A DNA stretch of 63,893 nucleotides, the filler included, from Reticulomyxa filosa (taxonomy: Eukaryota > Protista > Foraminifera), in NCBI GenBank assembly GCA_000512085.1. It is 20 parts of 20 records of this genome, joined end to end, with 100 filler letters (N's around TTAATTAATTAA, not from the genome) between each part and the next. Parts side by side here need not be neighbours in the genome. Positions count along the whole stretch, not along the records: positions 11,778 to 14,029 come from ASPP01022637.1; positions 14,130 to 15,176 come from ASPP01035490.1; positions 15,277 to 22,453 come from ASPP01026860.1; positions 22,554 to 25,741 come from ASPP01007141.1; 16 more parts are not named here. One strand, given 5' to 3'. A program made the translations under genes and the position numbers. The notes under the pieces are model-generated. The model saw only the letters and a program-made list of their open reading frames with translations, was not told the origin of the DNA and searched no databases. Shown here piece by piece: positions 12,821 to 22,599 of the stretch; within the stretch, counting starts at the first letter, position 1, and every line of letters begins with the position of its first letter.

Positions 12821-14029
12821 ATGTCCGTTGCAGAGCTGCAAAAGAAGTTGGGTGCCGGGATAATTATGGGAGGAATAAAAGGAGGTCCAGGTGGATATCA
12901 AGCGGCACTTCAAAGTGTGTTTACTATGCCTAGTGGAAGCAAAAAAAAAAAATGCATATTGGGGAAAAAAAAAACATAAACAGATTATCTAAACAACAAA
13001 CAACTCCGCAATTAACACCAACAAAAAACTCACAGAAAAAAAAGAGCAAATGGCACAAGAAAATCCAGAATCGAAAGAGGAGACTGAAGGTACAAAACAT
13101 ATGTCAAAAGATCAAACAGAGAGGGAGGGGAAGAGAAGAGAGACAAGGGAGCGATATACCCTCGCAATAAATACACACGTATTGAATAGACTCACAACTC
13201 AAAAAACCTACCAAGCCAACTTCTCGCAGAAAACGAAAGGCAAGAGAGTTTCAAATGGACGATGAAAAAGAAGAGGACAATGAATTTTCAGTTTTGTGTA
13301 GTTTTTTTTTTTGAATATTACTTTTTATTGCCCTTTGGTCTCCCCTTTTTTTTTTTTTTTTTTGTTCACTCTTGCTTCCTCTTTCCCCTCCCCTTTTGGC
13401 AATTTACATTTCCTATAATTTGTTGTGAACATAGCAATCCGTTGTGGCAAAAGGATATGTGGAAGACCAAGTTACTTTTTTTTAAAAATTTTTTTATACG
13501 AGGCCAATTGTGTCCACTTTTGACGTGGCTTGCGTTAATAGATGATTGGAAATGACACCGTGGTGGAAGAATACAAGTCCAGCGACGTTGCCGAACCCGC
13601 GGTTACCACAGAAGCCAATGGCGTGAATGAGATCAATGGAAATGCCGAAGTTACTTTTAAAAACAAGAATTTGTAAAAAGAGAAGGGTGTGGGATATAAG
13701 AGAAATCTTAAGAATAACAAAATATTAATAATAAATAAATAACAAGTAACAAAATAAATAACAAATACATGAAAAAGAATGACAAAGCCAATGAAACCGT
13801 CAAAAATGAAGATATACGCCAATCATTGGAACAAGAACTCAAAACAAAACAGGACATTGAACAATTGGAAAGAGAAGGCATTTATAAAACACAGTTACAA
13901 GCAACAAAAGAGAATTTGGAAAAGTCACAGATTAAAGACTCCATGAAACATGAAATTGTCACTCGACCGGAACAATCTGAACTGCAAGAAGCCGGTATGG
14001 GGGACACTATTTGTATTTTTTTTTTTTTT
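12821..14029 (+). CDS. Multi-exon protein with RPEL-like repeats, 3' partial
   Basis: Start MSVAELQKKLG. Later exon has RQSLEQELKTKQDIEQLEREGI and KDSMKHEIVTRPEQSELQEAG (RPxxxEL). Confidence 0.55.
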
Positions 14030-14129
14030 NNNNNNNNNNNNNNNNNNNNNNNNNNNNNNNNNNNNNNNNNNNNTTAATTAATTAANNNNNNNNNNNNNNN
14101 NNNNNNNNNNNNNNNNNNNNNNNNNNNNN

Positions 14130-14502
14130 TCCTCATCATTCGACTTAAATAGCTATTTTCAGTCCAATTCTCAGATTTTAATAACATATATAAATGCTTT
14201 TGCTCAATACTTTCTTTAATTTTTGCATGAATAGACTGTTTAACTTTTACTTTAGCAGATGCTCTGTTAGCTTTAATATTATTTATCGCATCAGCAAGTG
14301 TTTGTTTCCAGGCGTTAGCATTAACATTAAATTTACGCTCTGATTTAATCCAGGAATCTCTTATTATTCTATCGCTTAGGTTGATACCTTTTATAGAGCC
14401 GAAACGTTGCCAGATTTCAGAACGAATTATACCTAACCGCCTTGCTTGTTCTGATTATTTCCCTTGATTTAACTTGTCACTGAATGCTATCTGGCTCTTC
14501 AT
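14130..14502 (-). pseudogene. tnpB: TnpB-family protein, N-terminal part, with an early in-frame stop
   Basis: MKSQIAFSDKLNQGK*SEQARRLGIIRSEIWQRFGS..NAWKQTLADA..SYLSRMMR runs off the contig. TAA at 14455-14457. Overlaps the IS607 tnpA end. SD-like AAAGGT upstream. Confidence 0.7.
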
Positions 14503-14672
14503 TCTTTACTACCTTTTGTATTATCTTTTTATAACGACGCAATCCATATAATCTACAAGAAAAACAATGTATTATAGCTATTAAATCTTGTACCATTTCA
14601 GACTCGGGAGATAGCGACTCATTATTAATAATCACCAATTTACAATCATGTTGAGCTAAAAAATAATCAAAC
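14477..14672 (-). mobile_element. tnpA: IS607-family serine-recombinase transposase, C-terminal fragment
   Basis: [49 protein letters not shown] matches the IS607 TnpA C-terminal helix motif (E.V.DL..II..FS.RLYG.R). TGA at 14477-14479. Confidence 0.85.
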
Positions 14673-15054
14673 CACTCCTAATAAATTTGAAGCTTTAGCA
14701 TCCAATGATGCGATTGTTGAGGCAAGTGGAGCGCTAAATGTTTTGGCAGTTAGTTTGATGAAAATTGCAAATGATATCAGATTATTAGGTTCTGGTCCTC
14801 GGTCAGGATTGGGAGAATTATTTTTACCTAAAAATGAGCCTGGTTCGTCTATCATGCCTGGTAAAGTTAATCCTACTCAATGTGAAGCCATGGCCATGGT
14901 TTGCACTCAAATTATGGGTAATCATACAACTATAACAATAGCGGGTTCCAACAGTCATCTAGAGCTGAATGTATTTAAGCCAGTGATGATTTACAATATA
15001 TTACAATCGATTAGGTTGCTTACGGATTGCATGATTAGTTTTGTAGATCATTAG
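14671..15054 (+). pseudogene. fumC: Class II fumarate hydratase, internal fragment
   Basis: [46 protein letters not shown] signature. No introns. Cut at both ends by IS sequence. Confidence 0.92.
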
Positions 15055-15176
15055 ACTTCTTTCGAAACTCATAACTTCAGCTCCCAATTATAAAAAGCAG
15101 TAATAAGATTAAAACGTAGGCCAAACCTCTTTCTTCTATTGCGATACCGATCAGCAATAATCTTAAAACGCTTTAA
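15052..15176 (-). mobile_element. IS5-family (ISL2/IS702-like, DDE_Tnp_4) transposase 3' end and terminal repeat
   Basis: LKRFKIIADRYRNRRKRFGLRFNLITAFYNWELKL* (stop 15069-15071), followed directly by TIR-like AGTTTCGAAAGAAGTCTA. Confidence 0.8.
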
Positions 15177-15276
15177 NNNNNNNNNNNNNNNNNNNNNNNN
15201 NNNNNNNNNNNNNNNNNNNNTTAATTAATTAANNNNNNNNNNNNNNNNNNNNNNNNNNNNNNNNNNNNNNNNNNNN

Positions 15277-15339
15277 TTATTTTTCATGGAGAAAATCGAT
15301 TCTCTTCATATAGGTATGGCGGTTTTTTGCAATCTACTG
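15277..15339 (-). mobile_element. Tc1/mariner-type terminal repeat copy
   Basis: Reverse strand reads TA|CAGTAGATTGCAAAAAA..ATGAAGAGAATCGATTTTCTCCATGAAAAATAA. Near-identical to 52524-52599. Confidence 0.7.
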
Positions 15340-15480
15340 TACTTTGATAGTGTTTTGTTTAAGTCATTCTTTTGCTGTAATTTCTGTGTGACTAGTGGCA
15401 TTATCTTGCTGAAATGTACAATTTCCATTATCTTCTAAACTCCAATTAGCATATATTGTTTGCATATAAAATTATGCAAC
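15340..15480 (-). pseudogene. Tc1/IS630-type transposase relic
   Basis: CTFQQDNATSHTEITAKE*LKQNTIKV matches the second catalytic Asp motif FQQDNAxxH..T.EWL. TGA at 15364-15366. Confidence 0.75.
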
Positions 15481-15759
15481 CAAAAGAGTTACATAATAAT
15501 ATATTTTTGCTTGTTAGTTTGATGCTATGATTCATATTGTGAAAAGAAAAAGTAATTTGTATTTTATTTGAGTCACACTTTTATCTTTCAAAAAAGGATA
15601 TCAACTCAACATTGGAATTTGCTTGTTTTCGCTTTTTTTACATCACCTTTTTTTTAAAAGGGTCAAGCTACTTAATATTGACAATATAAAAACCTACTGA
15701 AAGACAAGTTAAACAATGCCGACATATTACTTTAACTCCCTTTCAAATTGAAGGCTGTA

Positions 15760-16010
15760 ATAAACACACTTTGTTACCTTTTGGTGGATATGTTAAACGT
15801 AAATTAGAGATGAACTATGTAAGCGTTTATAGTAGTAACAAAAAGGAATGAATCAAACAATTGTAATTCTTCACAGACATCCAATCATTCAAGAAATTAC
15901 CAAGAAGTGTATGCAACGATTGATGAAAAAAAGTATTTGCTATTTATCGATTATTCAAAAAATATATTTAATTTAAATACAGTCCCGTTCATTACAATCG
16001 GATACAATCT
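15760..16010 (+). pseudogene. Decayed Kelch-like family paralogue
   Basis: Remnants TLLPFGGY, MNYVSV, FTD and YLLFIDYSKNIFNLNT appear in broken frames. Confidence 0.45.
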
Positions 16011-17644
16011 CATTGTCTTATTAAAATCAAAAAATGTGCAAGATATGAACGAAGTGAAGCAAAATGATATAGTTCTGTTAAAGATGTGAAAATCAGTTAA
16101 AATGATAAAAATAGCAATTTTAATTATTTGCTTATATGATTACACTATGCTATTATGCACATGTGTAAATCAATTATATCAATGATCGTTTAATGGACAT
16201 ATTAAAATATTGTAAATTATTCAATATATAACTCAAAACAATGCATACTTATTAAATTACTTTAAAGTTAAGTAATGTACAAAAATTTAAAAGAATATAA
16301 AAAAATAAGGAAAAATCGAAAAAAAAAATTAAATCGCTGCGCCTTCATGAACATCGCAGCGCCGCCTGAACTAAATATTTCTTTTTGGTTTTGTCTTACT
16401 TGCTTTTTTTCCAAAGCGCCACTTGGTTGTGTTTTATGATGTTTAGTATTGTATTACTGTAACGAATGATGACTGAATAGCTAAGTGTTTATTAAAAAAA
16501 AGAATATGTGTTAAAAAATTCGACGTGACCAAACTAGTCTGTGACTATATACAAATGAATTGCAAGCACAGTTGTTGTTGTGCTTTATCTACTTTTTTTT
16601 TATCCCACTTTAAAAGTGTGCAATTTTTTGTTGTTTATTTTTTTGTTGTTTTTGTTTTGTTAATAGAAATATTCAACTTGTCACAACAAAAACGTCCGTA
16701 GACAACTCTTTGTTATTCATACCACAGCTGCACAACTTCGAATAAAAACACGATCAAAAAGATTGCGTAACACATATTATGAATATCACCCCCCTTTTTT
16801 TTTCTCCGTTCAAACTTTTGGGTTTTGGAAACTGTTGTGAGAATTTGGATATTCTCTATTCGCTTTTCAAACCGTACATTGGACAAATTTTTTCGTAGCA
16901 AAGGCTATTCATTTTGGTTTGTGTCAAATCGATTTCTTTTTGTTTGTTGTTTTTTATATTGTTTTTCATTCATCTTATCGCTTCTCATCGTAATGCATTT
17001 TCATCATAAAATACTTTTGTCCTGATCTAACGTGTGAAATCCTTGAAAAAACTTACACTCCATTCGTTTTTATCAATGTTACAACTCGTTTCCACATTTG
17101 TAAATTTTTTTTTGATTGACAAAACAAGAAGTTCGGTGTGGACTAAAAAGTACACCCGCATCTTTTTATTTGCTTTTATTACTGTTGTTTTGTGTTTTGT
17201 GTGTAACGAGAAAAAAAAATTTACCGTCAATACATCATTTCTCTTTGAAAGAAATTTATGCGACAAACATTATTTTCAAAACATGGAAAATGATGTTTAA
17301 GAATTTAAACGAGTTTTTTAAAAATGAAAGATATTTTTTTAAAAAAACTAAAACCTGAGAAAGTTTGGAATGAGACATAAACTAACAAGTTTTCAAAGCT
17401 TTGAGAAAACATTGAATCGTGGATCCTTGTTCTACGTTGTGATATTCGACAACTAGGAATTATACAGAAAGAACTAAGGCTAAAAACGCACAAGGAAAAA
17501 AAAACATCAAAAAAAAAACAAACAAGATAACTACAGAGCTTACAGTGAATAAAGAGAATATTGGAAGAAGATAAATAAAATAAAAATAAAAAAAAGACAG
17601 GAACAATAGGGATATAAAAAAAAATAAGAAAAACAAAAATCCTT

Positions 17645-18738
17645 CTAACGAGAACCAGAAGTAACACAAGACAGTGATGTGTTGGAATGTGCAAGAGAGG
17701 AGGTAGTGGGATTTCCATTCAGTACTTTGATCAAAGTGGACAAGTTGCCAAAGGGTAAAATGGCCCAAACAATGGCTAAGAGACCCATTTGTGCTCGTTC
17801 ATACAAGCAAGAAAAAGGTTGACCGAAAAAAATGTAAGCAAAATAGAAAGCAATTAGCAATTGAAAAAGATAAGTGGCATACAACGTAGGGATTAAGAAC
17901 AAGAAATCGCCATGTGGCTTTTCATCAATGACTTCACTCGTTCGAACGTCCATTTTATTTTTTTCTTTAACACTTTTCGGACGTAATGTCGTGCGTCTTG
18001 ATATCTCATTTGCAAGCCAATGACAAGTCCTTGCCAAATCATGAAATAATTGATCAAATAAACCCCTCCAGTGATCACGGCGGGATGGACGGGAGTAAGG
18101 TTCACGAGAAACAATAGAGATACGAACAACGTAATGTAGTGGTGATACATCCACCAAGGTTCAATTCGACTCCCATTTTGCTTCAAAATGTTTTCGCGAA
18201 GGGCCAAGGATACGTAGTAATAAAATAAAAACAACATGTGAATTTGGTGCAAAAGGATACTAAACTCCAAATAAATTTGGCACAATGGAAACATTATAAA
18301 GAATATCAATGTGCGTTCTTTAAAGTTATTGTACTCTCTTTTAAATTTCATTTGATCTGTTTCGTTCCACAGTTTTAACGGTGCATCCCCTATCAACGAT
18401 CTCAGAAAATTGGAGTGATTATGTCTTTCATACACCACTGTTTCTGTTATCCTTACATTCTCGTCCAATTTCTTTTTCATCTCATTTACCGCTGACTCGT
18501 ATTTCGTTCGTTCGCTGCCTGAGACATAATTTAATTGCTTTTTCACTTCTTTCCATTCGCTCAATAATTCGTTGTTCGCTTTCATATTGTTCATACATTT
18601 GCTTATACACTGCTCGATTTGCTTAAATTTCTGGTTCAATTGTTGCACACTTTTTTCGTACGTTTCTGCTATCAACTTCAACTCGTTTGCTAGGTCTTCT
18701 GTGGATTTGCATAACTCTAACACACTATTTTCATTCAT
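17645..18738 (-). CDS. TMEM120: TMEM120 (TMPIT/TACAN) family protein
   Basis: N-terminal coiled coil, KFKREYNNFKER, YYYVSLALRENILKQNGSRIEPWWMYHHY. One shift in the A-run near 17960 joins to MDV.. and the final TM helices. Confidence 0.88.
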
Positions 18739-19914
18739 TATTCAAAATGTTTAGTAACCTATTTGTTTCTTAGTGTCCACAAAGAGAAGGAATAATATCC
18801 CCTACCTCTAAAAAAAAAGAGCACGCGCCAAAAGCTTGTAGTCAAGCACTTTGACGAGTTCGGTTAATTATTTTTCTATTGTTTCTAAGGCAATAATGCT
18901 ATTTAAAGATAGCATATTCTTATTACTCATTAAAAAAGTCGCTGGCCAAAGTTCTGATTATTGTTATTTATCGTTGTATTTCCAAGAAAAAGAATAATAT
19001 GTGTTCGGATTGTCAAATTTTGTGGTTGAGGTAAATAATCAAAATGTGCGTTTTGACACTTGTGATTGTAGGTTGTCAGACGTTTTAATTTTGCCCCTTT
19101 TGACCGTTTGTTCAACAGTTTTTATACAATAGTAAAAATGGTCTGCAATAAAAAAAACGCAACATGAATTTAGTGCAGGTTAACAAGCCATATTTTTTGA
19201 GACTAGTATTGGCAAAGGAAAAAAATTTGGTTGCCTAACAACTTTACTGGCCACAACGAAAATAATTTACAAAAAAACGAGTAAGTTTAGATGTGTTAGT
19301 ATTTTTTGTGGAGCTTTTTTCGAATTTTTGTGTAATTGATGCACAAAAATTTTACAACGTTCCTAAAGAAACAGTCCACAATCAAAAGAAAGTAATTTTA
19401 TATGTTGCTTTCTTGTAAATTGGTCTACACACTTTTTTTGAAATTTTCTTTGGCAAAAAGTTATTGTGATTTGTTTAGATTGTGCGCTTTTCCGGTGGAA
19501 AAAATTTGCTAATTGCTTTTTTTTTGGAGACAACCAAAATAAAGTGTTAAACTTTTAAGAAGAGATTTGAGCAATAACTTTGTTTTATTTTGCTGTTGTG
19601 TGAGGCACTTAACCAATATTTTTTCACTGTTTAATTTTATGGCAGTATCCAAGTTTTTTTCGATGAATAATTGTTTGTAAAACATGGGCATTAGGTAAAA
19701 ATCTAAATTCCACAAATCTTCAACTTTATCAATACAAAATGAACATTTTTGTAAGATAGATACTAAACATTGATGATCTAAAAGCGCATTATTTATTGGA
19801 ATAACAGTCTCAACAAAAAATAACTAAATTTTTAAATTGACACAATTAAAAAATTATACAATGTAAAAACAAATTTAAAAAGAGGCAAGAAATAAGATAT
19901 TGTTTAAAAATTTG

Positions 19915-19985
19915 GATGAAACTTTATCTCGTGGAGAAAATCGTTGTTTTCATAAAGTGATATAATAGGTGCTTTATTTTTTTAA
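19915..19985 (-). repeat. Degenerate copy of the Tc1-type terminal repeat
   Basis: GTGGAGAAAATCGTTGTTTTCATAAAGTGA aligns to the repeat core. Confidence 0.5.
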
Positions 19986-21196
19986 TTAAATTAAAAAAGA
20001 AAGACGAAATATTGTAACCGTTATGATGTACACTTTAAATAAAATTTTTGACTCAATGTTATTTTTTCATTGGAAAATCAATTATCTCTACAAGTGTAGA
20101 AAATCTAGAGCGAGAAAGCACGTTTTTAAGAAAAGTGAAAATGAGTTTTGTGAAATTAAATTAAACAAAAATTACAATTATCTTTTTCAAAGCTCTTCGT
20201 TGGAGGAATGACATCAATTAAAGAAAGAGATTATTTTCTCGTATTATATAAAAAAGTTTGATGTATTTCAATTAACTTTTTCTAATTAAAAACTCGAAAA
20301 ATATGGCCCACATTTTTATCCATCACCCCACGCTTAGTTTGAACACTGTTCGACACAATAATACAATAAAAAACTTTTACAACTTGATGACATCTTACCA
20401 ATGTTTAGAAAATTATACTGAATGAGTTTATACGTGTGGGAAACAAAAACACACAGAGAAAAATTGAAGCATTTTCACCATGTCTACCTGTTTCCATCAG
20501 TTGTTTAAGTTCGTTTAGAAACAGACTTTATTTTGTGTCTATTTTCACCACTAATCGTAGGAGACTAAAGAGATCTACGAAATGTGAAACAAACCGAATG
20601 ATTTTACTCTGCAAATTTCTAGTTTCCGCAGCACATCTTTTTATTAAATGATGCTGAGTGTCCGAAATTTGCAAACTTTTTTTGGTCACGCCCAATTTTT
20701 TTGTTTTTTACCTGTGGTTTTGGTCTATATTACGGTATTCATAGCGATTAACAAAAGTGACTCATGAACACACTTGCAGACGTTCAACGATCCATTTTAT
20801 TCGAACATTTTCTTGTTATTACAAGGATCTTTTTTATTAATAGTCCCTATTTTAAAAACTTCAAACCTCGTTTTTTTTGCAAGTTTAAATTGCTTTGGGC
20901 TTAATTTGAACAAAATTCCTACTCGTTCCTTGTTAAATAGCTCCAGATCTCTTTACAAACTTTTTATTAAAAGATGAAAATATTGTTCACCCTTAACTTC
21001 TTTTTTATTTTGTTTTTGGACTTTTTTGTGACAAGTACGAGTGCATTGTTTTGGCAATATAGTGGTTCTTTTTTGGAATGTCGATTGTTTGAAAAGAATG
21101 TGTTAAGCCACATTCCGAAATCGAAATAGTCGAATTAAATTCTGAAGAATATTCTAATATTTTCCTTTTTTTTTCCTTTTCCGAAGAAGAACATCC

Positions 21197-22366
21197 ATGT
21201 CAACACATTTTTTCCATGATACATCGATACATTATGCATGTGACAAAAATGTTGGTTTTCTTAAAGAAATTCCAGGAAAGAGTGATTGGTATTTGAAATG
21301 TTTAACGTGTTTGTTAGTGGTGGTATTTGGTGGAGTTTTTTTTCACTGTTATTTATTATTATTTATGTTCACATATTGGGACACAATATTTTTGGGTGAG
21401 AAGCTATCAAAATGGGATTACTTTGTGTTGACGATATATGTGATATGGCTGTTTGGATGTTTGTACGGCTTGACAAATGTGCCAAGCAAGTACCTGAAAT
21501 CGGAGATGAAATATGGCAAAGAATGTACGGATTACTTGCGAAGTGTGTTATTGCCAGTGATTTTTGTGATTGTAAGTATTTACTGTTCACTGCCAATAGC
21601 AATCGTAGTGGTATGTTGCACGAATTGGAGTGAGATTTTTGAGTGTTATATGGCCAAGCCAAAAGTGGAGGATGAGAGTTTGTTGGCATTTTTACGCAAT
21701 GTGTTAGAAATGGTGGATTATAATGGCATCGCAATGAGACAAAGATATGGTGATTGGAAGTCATTCGTGTTTCAATGTTATTTAAACAAGCATTTGATAT
21801 TTGTATACCGTTATGCGACAAAGAGTCCCAAAATTCTGGAGTCTTTAGTGCAAGAGATCGACTCCTTTTTACGCAACGCTAATGTGAAGGACGTATCCAA
21901 GAAGTGTCCACTCCAACTCTTCTCTCCTTGCACACGCGAGACCTCTTTTCCTCTCCTCCTCCTCCCTCCTATCCTTTGTCATGGAGCCAGTGCCAACGAC
22001 ATTCCCCCATTCCTCCCCCCTCTGTCGATATTGCGAAGACTATCGCGTCACATTATGCGATTGAGCGTCTGTCTCACTGTCGCATTTGTCATGTACATTG
22101 GCTACATTTGTGGCCGATTGTACCAGTTTCGACCCGGCAATCGTGTCGTCTTCCCGACCGACAATTGGTACCATTTTTATATCTCGCCGTTCATCCTTGC
22201 CAATATGTTCTGCCATTTGTTTTGTCTCGTCCTCGCCTTATACTTGTTGTTCCACTCGCTCTTTTTCCGGTTCATTCAAAGTTTACAATTGATTGATCCT
22301 CGTGTTCTCGCGTTGTTTGAAAGTGTGTATACGTATATTTGTGTATGTGTTTATTTTTATATTTAA
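21197..22366 (+). CDS. Hypothetical multi-pass membrane protein
   Basis: 389-codon ORF with about five hydrophobic segments. The 3' end probably runs into an intron. Confidence 0.6.
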   Translation: MSTHFFHDTSIHYACDKNVGFLKEIPGKSDWYLKCLTCLLVVVFGGVFFHCYLLLFMFTYWDTIFLGEKLSKWDYFVLTIYVIWLFGCLYGLTNVPSKYLKSEMKYGKECTDYLRSVLLPVIFVIVSIYCSLPIAIVVVCCTNWSEIFECYMAKPKVEDESLLAFLRNVLEMVDYNGIAMRQRYGDWKSFVFQCYLNKHLIFVYRYATKSPKILESLVQEIDSFLRNANVKDVSKKCPLQLFSPCTRETSFPLLLLPPILCHGASANDIPPFLPPLSILRRLSRHIMRLSVCLTVAFVMYIGYICGRLYQFRPGNRVVFPTDNWYHFYISPFILANMFCHLFCLVLALYLLFHSLFFRFIQSLQLIDPRVLALFESVYTYICVCVYFYI

Positions 22367-22599
22367 AAAAAATAATGTCCCATTATCCCTTTTTTTTTTT
22401 TTTTGATTTTAATCGTTTATGGGGAGGGGGAAAAAGAAAAATCTTATTTGTACNNNNNNNNNNNNNNNNNNNNNNNNNNNNNNNNNNNNNNNNNNNNTTA
22501 ATTAATTAANNNNNNNNNNNNNNNNNNNNNNNNNNNNNNNNNNNNNNNNNNNNTGGGGGGGGGGGGGGGGGAACGTTCCAGGAATATTCCCACTTTCGT

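Noticed and set aside
14030-15276. IS607/fumC contig as a horizontal insertion between eukaryotic genes
   Set aside because: It is bounded by spacers on both sides, so there is no physical link to host DNA in this window.
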